63,961 nt of DNA from Saprolegnia diclina VS20. Taxonomy: Eukaryota. Location: positions 281,762-345,722 of the forward strand of contig NW_008246105.1 of NCBI RefSeq assembly GCF_000281045.1. The letters run 5' to 3'. This document shows positions 56,561-63,961 of this stretch, piece by piece. Position 1 is the first letter of the stretch. The number at the start of each line of letters is the position of its first letter. The notes under the pieces were generated by a model. That model saw nothing but the letters and a program-made list of their open reading frames with translations, was not told the origin of the DNA and did no database searches. The position numbers and the translations under genes were made by a program.

Positions 56561-59500
56561 ATGGACTGGGCGTGCGTGAACTGCTCGTTCGAGAACCCAC
56601 CGCAGGCCGCGCGCTGCGAGATCTGCCGATCCACCCGCCCTGGCGCCGTGGAATTTGGCTCGGCCAAGCGCGCCCGCGCCTCGCCGACGCCGACGCGCGG
56701 GAAGAAGAAGACCAAGGCCGCGACACTGACGTCGTCGACCTTCTTCCGCGAAGACGCACGCCAGCTCGAGAAGAAGCTGCAGCAGATGCGCGAGTGCTTG
56801 GGCAATGGCGTGAGCGACGAAGAGATGCGGCGGCTGCTACAGAAGAACGCGGGCAGCGTCAGCTTCTCGATCGCAGCCTACTACGAGCAAGCGTCGCGCC
56901 AGGAAGCAGCGACCGCCGACAGCGACGCCACGTATTGGACGCGCTCGATGGAGCCTTCCATGTACTACCTCGGCGTTGCGACGGCCGATGCGTCGGTCAC
57001 GCGACGGGACGACCGCTCGATCAAGGCTGGCGCGCGGTACGTCCACAACGCCATTGGCTTGGACTCGACCAAGCATATTCGTTGTTGTAGGTTCCACCTT
57101 CAGGTCGAGGGCAGCAACATGGTGCGTGTCGTCACGATGTCCGGCAACGTCGTCGTCGGCCGCATGGACGAAGCGTGGGAAGAGATGCTCGCAGTGCTCC
57201 TGGCCGCGCGCCTCGTGGCGGTCGGCGCGACGATCGTTGAGGCGCCGTTCGAGTCGGCTGTCTTTGCGCGTTTTCAAGTCCAGCTGTTTGTGTTCGCTGC
57301 TCCAGCCTTTTGGTCGACGCTCGAGAAGACGCCTCTCACGTACGGTGACCAGCGTAACAAGGAGAAAGCCTTCCTTCTCCTCGAGTTGCTCGGGAGCCCG
57401 AAGAAATCGATTTTGACACCGTCGACGACGCTCGTGCTGCCGGGCGAGACGTTCGAGAAGATGGCCGACGACGTCTCGGTCGATGTCCTGTACCGCACCA
57501 GCATCTCGCCGCATGACGCGATTCCGGGCTACAGCGCCGAGGCCGTGCACGCTACGATGCACAACATCACGCTGCGGTCGTACCAAGAAGAAGCGCTGCG
57601 TTGGATGCTCTTTCGCGAACTCAACCACGATGCGCTCAGCGACAGCCACCTCATTGGCCAAGCCCTCCGTACATTACATTGGTCCTGGCTTTTCTTCTCA
57701 CAAGTCACTAGGACTGGACGGCGCCAGCGTCAGTCTCGACGAGTCGCCCAGCACGATGCATCCGGTACAATGCGATCGGAGGGCGGACGTGTGGCACTGA
57801 GGGTTCTGCGATAGCTCTGGTCGACACGGACGTGCACGCGCCACGGCGCCACCGTCCCCTACTACGTCAATGTGTTTGAACGCCTTGCTGCACTCACGCC
57901 GCCGGCGCCGCCCGTGCCTTGCCGAGGAGGCATCTTGGCCGACGACATGGGCATGGGTACCTGACCTCTTCTATCTCGCTTCCCATGATGACACATGATA
58001 GGTAAAACCATCATGGTGCTCGCACTCGTGGCGGCGCGGGCAAAATTGCATACGGCCGACTTTACACCGGCGCACGCTTGGGGCAGAACGCGCGCCAAGA
58101 CGCTGGTTGTGTGTCCGCTGAGCTTGCTGCACCAGTGGAAGCAAGAGTTTGAGACGCGTGCGCCGAGTCTCCGCGTCGCTCTCTTCTACGATGCGCCGAA
58201 GAAGTCTGTGGTCTCTGTTGACACTGACGTCATCTTGACGACGTACGGGGTGCTCTCGAGCGAGAAGGAGTCGGCGCTGCACGCCTTCCATTGGGACCGG
58301 CTCATTTTGGACGAAGCGCATTCGATCAAGAACCGGTCGACAGCGTACTTCAAGTCGTGCGCGGCACTCTCGGCCACACACCGCTGGTGCCTCACAGGCA
58401 CGCCGATTCAAAACTCGCTCGAAGACATCTTGTCATTGCTCGTGTTTCTGCAGTACCAAGTACGTTCGCTCTGTACCGACCTGCTGACTCGACCTTGTGT
58501 CTACTAGCCATGGGACAGAACCGAGTGGTGGAATCGCGTCGTTGCTCAGCCGTACGAGAAGGGCCAGCAGTGCGCCTTGCTGCGTCTTCAGGTATACTTG
58601 TGCTTTAGGTTTACAAGTTAATTAACGAGGGCGGTGTAGGCGATCTTGGCACCTATTTTGCTTCGGCGCACAAAGGCCACGCGCGATTCGAGCACGGGCG
58701 AGCTCATCGTGCAGCTTCCGCCCAAGCGCATCGAGGTCGTCCGCCTCGCTTTCTCGGCCGAGGAGCGTCAGTTCTACAAGGCGGTGTACGCCAAGAGCCG
58801 CGGCGAGTTTTACGGCTACGTCGAGAGTGGCAATGCGATGGCGAGCTACGTGGCCATCTTTGCGCTCCTCTTGCGTCTCCGCCAGGCGTGCGACCACCCG
58901 TTCCTCGTCATGGGCAAGACCGAGGTTCAAAAGACCGTCGCGCAAAAGAAGAAGGCGGCGGCCACGGCCACCAAGCATGCGACCAACGCCGACTACTACG
59001 CCGAGCTCACGGCGATTTTGCAGCAGTCGTCGTCCGAGTCGTCGTCCGCGGCGACAACGTCAACGGCCAACAGCAGCGAAGACACGTACATTTCAAGTCG
59101 GATCCTCGAGATCCAAGACGAAGGCCTCGACTGCCAAGAGTGCCCTGTGTGCTTGGACGTGCCACAGTCGCCTGTGCTCACGCCGTGCGCGCACCTGCTC
59201 TGCCACGAGTGCGTCCGCGCGGCGTTGGAAACCGCGCCTGTCTGTCCCGTCTGTCGCGCCGATGTGGGTCTAGACCAGTTGATTCCGATCACGCCGCCCG
59301 AGAGAGCCGACGTGACGCCGTCATCGGGCGAGAGCGCCGGAAGCACCAAAATGCGTCAGCTCCTCCGTGACCTCGAGGCGCTTCGGGCCTCTGAGCCGCA
59401 CCGGAAGGTCGTCGTCTTCTCGCAGTGGACCCACATGCTCGACCTCGTTGGCTCGACGCTCAACCAGCACGGTACACACCACATGTAACCCACTCGATCT

Positions 59501-59910
59501 CGAAAACTCATTTAGGATTCTCAACCGTTCGCTTTGATGGGTCGCTCAAGCAGGACGAGCGCGAGCGCGTGCTCTTGGAGTTCAGCCGCGGGTCCGCCAA
59601 CGTGCTCGTGATCTCGCTCAAGGCCGGCGGCGTCGGCCTCAACTTGACCGCTGCCTCGGTCGTTGTGCTCCTCGATCCGTGGTGGAACCCGGCGCTCGAA
59701 GACCAAGCGATTGACCGCGTCCACCGCTTGGGCCAGGAACACGACGTGATCGTGAAAAAGTATGTGGTCGACGACACGGTCGAAGACATGATTCTGCAGC
59801 TTCAAGAACGCAAAGCCACGATGGCGTCGACCGTGCTCGCAACGTCCAAGCCCGGCGCCGACAGCGACGGGCGCCTCGGCCTTGCCGACTTGCTCAAGTT
59901 TTTTCGATAA
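56561..59910 (+). CDS. Rad5/HLTF-like SNF2 helicase-RING E3 ligase with N-terminal RanBP2-type zinc finger, multi-exon
   Basis: WACVNCSFEN.....CEIC; LRSYQEEALRWM; RGGILADDMGMGKT; ILDEAHSIKN; WCLTGTPIQNS; LRLRQACDHP; RING CPVC...CAHLLCHEC...CPVC; SLKAGGVGLNL, DPWWNP, QAIDRVHRLGQ. Confidence 0.9.
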
Positions 59911-60259
59911 GAGTGGATGGATAGAAGTATGTACTAGTTGACGACTTGATGGGTATTGCTGCACGCGGGCGACGCACCTACACGCCGAAGAAGTGCACCG
60001 AAGTACGTTGCTCTCGCCTCCAGTCGAGGGCATTGTCGACAGGATCATTGGGATCAGGATGAGCAACCAAGAATGAACAAGCCGTCGTCTCTTGGGTCGA
60101 GTGTTACTAGCGACTCAAGGTGCGGGAGGGCATGCTGAGTGCCTTGTTGGCGAGGCCTCGCCAGTTACTTGAATTGATGGAGGTAGTGTCTCGCTGTGTG
60201 CCACAAGCCCATGGTGCGACCCGAGACACAAGGAAAATAAAGATGCTTAGCCGAGACGC

Positions 60260-60571
60260 TTACATGACGCTGCAGCAGGGGCACTCGTCGCCGTAGACGC
60301 TCGCGTTGTTCAGCTCGCCGCACTGGCGGCAGCGCCAGCTCGTGCAGCCATTGGGCAGTGGGTACGGCGTGTGGCACTTGCGGCAGAGCGCATTGCCCTG
60401 CGCGTCGCGTTGGATGTTGGAGTTGTTCTGGACAACCCCGACGACGGGCGGCGGGGCCATGACCACGGCCACGCCTTGGACGGGGCGGCCGTACTGGTCG
60501 ACGGCGACGGGCACGCCCATGGCAGGCGCGGGGGCGGCCATCGGCTGTGGCTTCTGCGGGTAGTCGGACAT
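60260..60571 (-). CDS. Small Pro-rich protein with LSD1-type zinc finger and C-terminal CaaX
   Basis: CRKCHTPYPLPNGCTSWRCRQC; ends ECPCCSVM*. Confidence 0.7.
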   Translation of the reverse strand: MSDYPQKPQPMAAPAPAMGVPVAVDQYGRPVQGVAVVMAPPPVVGVVQNNSNIQRDAQGNALCRKCHTPYPLPNGCTSWRCRQCGELNNASVYGDECPCCSVM

Positions 60572-61246
60572 GGCGAAAATGCGGAAATGCAGAAATCGAT
60601 CCATGCAAATGACTGGAATAAAGTATGCTCTTCGAGAACAAGATAACGGGATCAAATATTTCCGGATGCACTGTCCCACATCCGGATGTAAATTTGGCAC
60701 ATGCCGATTTTTTGTGAACAAGCTGCCAAGCAACAACTTTCGGCTCAACCGCAGCCAGGCCGCAGCAAGCGTAAGGTCACACAGCTAGGTTGCACACGAA
60801 TTGAAGCCGTAGTCACATTTACTTCACAGTAGTCGCATTGTCTTGGCTCAGCCTTCGCTTGTTGCAACAAGTCTCAAAGCAGGTGAGGACATCAAGTCGC
60901 TCACCTACCGGTACTGGTAGTCTAGTATAAGAGTAGTGCGCTTTAGTGTTGAGCCAAGAGGCCCTTCTTGCTCGATCTCTCATTGCATCAGCTTGGGCAG
61001 CTTGGCGCGACAGAATTGCTGCGCACGGTACGTGGCACGCTGACAGGCACCGGCAATAAACCGGTCCGGTTTTGAATTGTCATCCGGATATCGTGCAACG
61101 AGGCATATGCCGCTTGAAGTTGTGTGATTTGATTGGCTAAAATGCTGCAAAAAAGAAGCGAATCCGCGGGCGATGCATGGAAATGCTCCAAGTCGCTGGT
61201 CACAGCATTCGCAGTCTCTTTGCTTCCGAACCAGGCGACGACGAAC

Positions 61247-62931
61247 ATGCTGCTGCGCCGCCATTCCGCGCTGCTCCGCGCTCCGCGGGCGATGGCTGCC
61301 CGCTGGGCCTCGACGTACGAGAAGAGCAACGAAGGCGCGCTCGAGCTCATGCGCGAGACGTCCCGCATGGAGCGCGAGGTGCTGCTGCCGCTCAACGACA
61401 AGCTCTGCGGGCCGCTCAACCGCGCAGTCGAGGACCGCCTGCCCGCGCTGCCGTTTGTCTTCCTCCTCGGCAACCACTCGAGCGGCAAGTCGTCCTTCAT
61501 CAACCACATCCTCAAGCGCGATATCCAGACGACGGGCGTCGCGCCCACAGACGATGGCTTCACCATCATCTCGAACGGGTCGGCCGACTACGACCAGGAC
61601 GGACCGGTACATGACCATGCTTCTACTCCTTCCACTTATGCGTGCTCCTGCAGGCGCTCATTGGCGACCCGGACTTGGGCTTCTCAGGCCTGCGCCAGTT
61701 CGGCCCCAACTTGATCCAGAAGACGAACCTCAAGATCCGCGCCGAGATTCCCATGGGCAACAACTTTATGATGGTCGACAGTCCGGGTATGATCGACAGC
61801 CCGGCGTCGCTCAACATGCGCTCCGAGACGGACCGCGGCTACGACTTCCCCAAGGTCGTCCAGTGGTACGCCGAGCGCGCGGACGTCATCTTGCTCTTCT
61901 TCGACCCGGACAAGCCGGGCACGACGGGCGAGACGCTCTCGATCCTCACCAACTCGCTCGTCGGCATGGACCACAAGCTCCACATCGTGCTCAACAAGGT
62001 CGATCAGTTCAAGAAGATCCACGACTTTGCGCGTGCGTACGGCAGCCTGTGCTGGAACCTCTCCAAGGTCATCCCGCTCAAGGATCTCCCGCGCATCTAC
62101 ACCATGTGTATCCCCGTCAAGGACTCGCAGACGGGCGCGCGTACGACCGAGACCGGCCTCGGCTCGGCCCTCGACGACCTCGAGGCCTCGCGCGAAGAAG
62201 TCATCAACGCCGTCATGCGCGCCCCGGAGCGCCGCGCCGACAACCTCATCACGCGCCTCTACGACAGTGCGCGCATGCTCGAGATGCATGCGACCGTACG
62301 CCTCGTATCTCCTTCTTCTGATTGTCTAACGTCGTCTGTCGCCAGGTCTTTGAGGCGGTCCGTGCCCAGTACTCGCGTGAAAAATGGAGCCGCTGGTACG
62401 TCGACTGCTATCGACCACAACGTTATGGGGATGTATAGGGCGGTGACGAGCTCGGCGCTCGTGGGCGGTAACGCGCTCGCGGCCTCGGCCTTTGTGAGCG
62501 GCATGCCCGAAGTCGCGGCGGCGGTCTCGGTTGCATCGCTTGTGTCGGCGTCGGGCCTCTCGTGGTACAACCGCAACCACCTCTCGGACCTGGAAAAGGT
62601 ATGTTTCGATAGTGGACGATCCTCGTCCAATATTGAAATACTGTAGGACTTGCTGAGCGAAGAGGGCTTGACGCACCACTTCCGGCGCATTTACGGTCGC
62701 CAGCTTGCGGAGAAGGACGAATTTGTGTTTTCGATTTGGCGCCGCGTGCTGCCGAGCCTTCAAGTCGCACTGGCGACGCTCGGGTTCCAGAACCTCCCCA
62801 AGGTCAAGGCCAACGACATCCACGAGCTCCAGAAGATCATTGCGCAGGACATCCCGCGCCTGCGCCGCCAGGCCGCGCCGACGGAAAACAGCGTCGCGCA
62901 CCAAGTCGCAAAGCTCCTCCGTGGCTACTAG
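61247..62931 (+). CDS. EHD/sarcalumenin-like dynamin-family NTPase with presequence and C-terminal hydrophobic hairpin, multi-exon
   Basis: LGNHSSGKSSFIN, TGVAPTDD.F, VDSPG, RGYDF, ILLFFDPDK, VLNKVD, RAYGSLCWNL. Confidence 0.88.
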
Positions 62932-63961
62932 ATGCTAGCAACGAGATGTATATAATCCTGGAGAATTAGAGACGGTTTTGTGCGCCAGAGTGTCCCCACT
63001 GTAGTGTTGGCGTGTCGTTGAAAGAGTCCTTCAGCAGCGTAACTTGGGCATAACGATTGGTGACGTCGTGTCAAGCATACTAAATACTAGTACTAACACT
63101 CGATGCACCGCTAGCCGCATGGAGTAGGGTTGCGGGAGCGCCAAGATACGGACCGCTTGGTGTCGCGGCGAGTGTTGGCTGAGAAGCTAGATAGTGGTGT
63201 CGCTACGCCCACTCTGAAGCCTCCCGGTCGCACCGCAAGGCGAGTAGCGCCGTGGGTCGAGGCCAAGGTTGCGCGGTCTCCTTAGCGACACTTTAACAAC
63301 TTGAAAAACCCCCACCGAGCCTCCGGTGGCATCGGGCGGGTCGATGTCACCGACACCGTCTGGCGTCGACGGGACACAGCAACGGAGAGTCCGATGTGGA
63401 CGGAGTCCTTGCCACATTCCGTCTTTGAGCTCCGAAACCACGCGGTATCCGTGAGCCTTGCCGCGGGTGGTTCGCCACGCAGAAAGCAAACACGAGCCCC
63501 GGTGCCGACAAACTCCGACAGCTCCGCCCTCTTGAGCACAGTTCATACAAGCATGCCGCAGTTCGAGGCAAGTGCCTCGATGTAGCTAGCTGATGTAGCT
63601 GTAGAATGCAATACTAGTACTTGCTACACAGCGTTGCGCTGCATCATGCATGGCGCAAGATATGTACTAGCCCCAGTATGATGGATTGAGATGGCCTCGC
63701 AAAGGCGCTCCACTAGGTACAACTCCTTCGTCCCTGCACAAGGTATTGAGCACTGACGACTGTACACAGCAGTGTACGGGGTTGAAATAGGGAAAAGCGT
63801 TGCGACTCGAATGCCCAAACACACGGAGTCTGGTTGGTGTGCAGTTTATGTTAAACTTTACCACTGCAGTGCAGTGGCTATCATGAGGCGCTCACTTTCG
63901 AGCACGCCTTCCATTCTTCACCAAGCAGGTTTCAACTGCTTTGGCACTAACTTCGCGTGAT

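Noticed and set aside
63187..63961. Short ORFs at the right edge
   Set aside because: No recognisable domain or consistent reading frame.

Overview
Gene-dense eukaryotic DNA with high GC in coding regions, ~45-60 nt GT-AG introns, and CCAAT and INR-like core promoters. It is inferred to be an oomycete, probably Saprolegnia-like, and has two assembly gaps. The left ~20 kb is accessory: two divergent LRR receptor(-kinase) genes with one LRR per exon, an AAA ATPase with two atypical Walker B motifs, a tandem array of four variant bZIP-like genes (one decayed), an AT-hook protein and a TFIIB-like/zinc-finger protein. The rest is mostly housekeeping: OFCC1-like, DUSP, Cnx1/gephyrin, DDX10, GGTase-I beta, AP-3 beta, p24, TIM21, BAP31-like, BUD22, TrmB, Rad5-like and EHD-like genes. 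A repeat-rich degraded block interrupts it at ~35-42.5 kb. The standout is an intronless ~1290-aa ORF (42858-46733) that fuses a FAD-dependent oxidoreductase, a DUF1365 domain, a multi-pass membrane segment and a cyclopropane-synthase-type SAM methyltransferase. The three enzymatic domains belong to the families of the bacterial furan fatty acid pathway (UfaD, UfaO, UfaM), here in one eukaryotic polypeptide. Family assignments come from motifs recognised by eye; no database searches were run.
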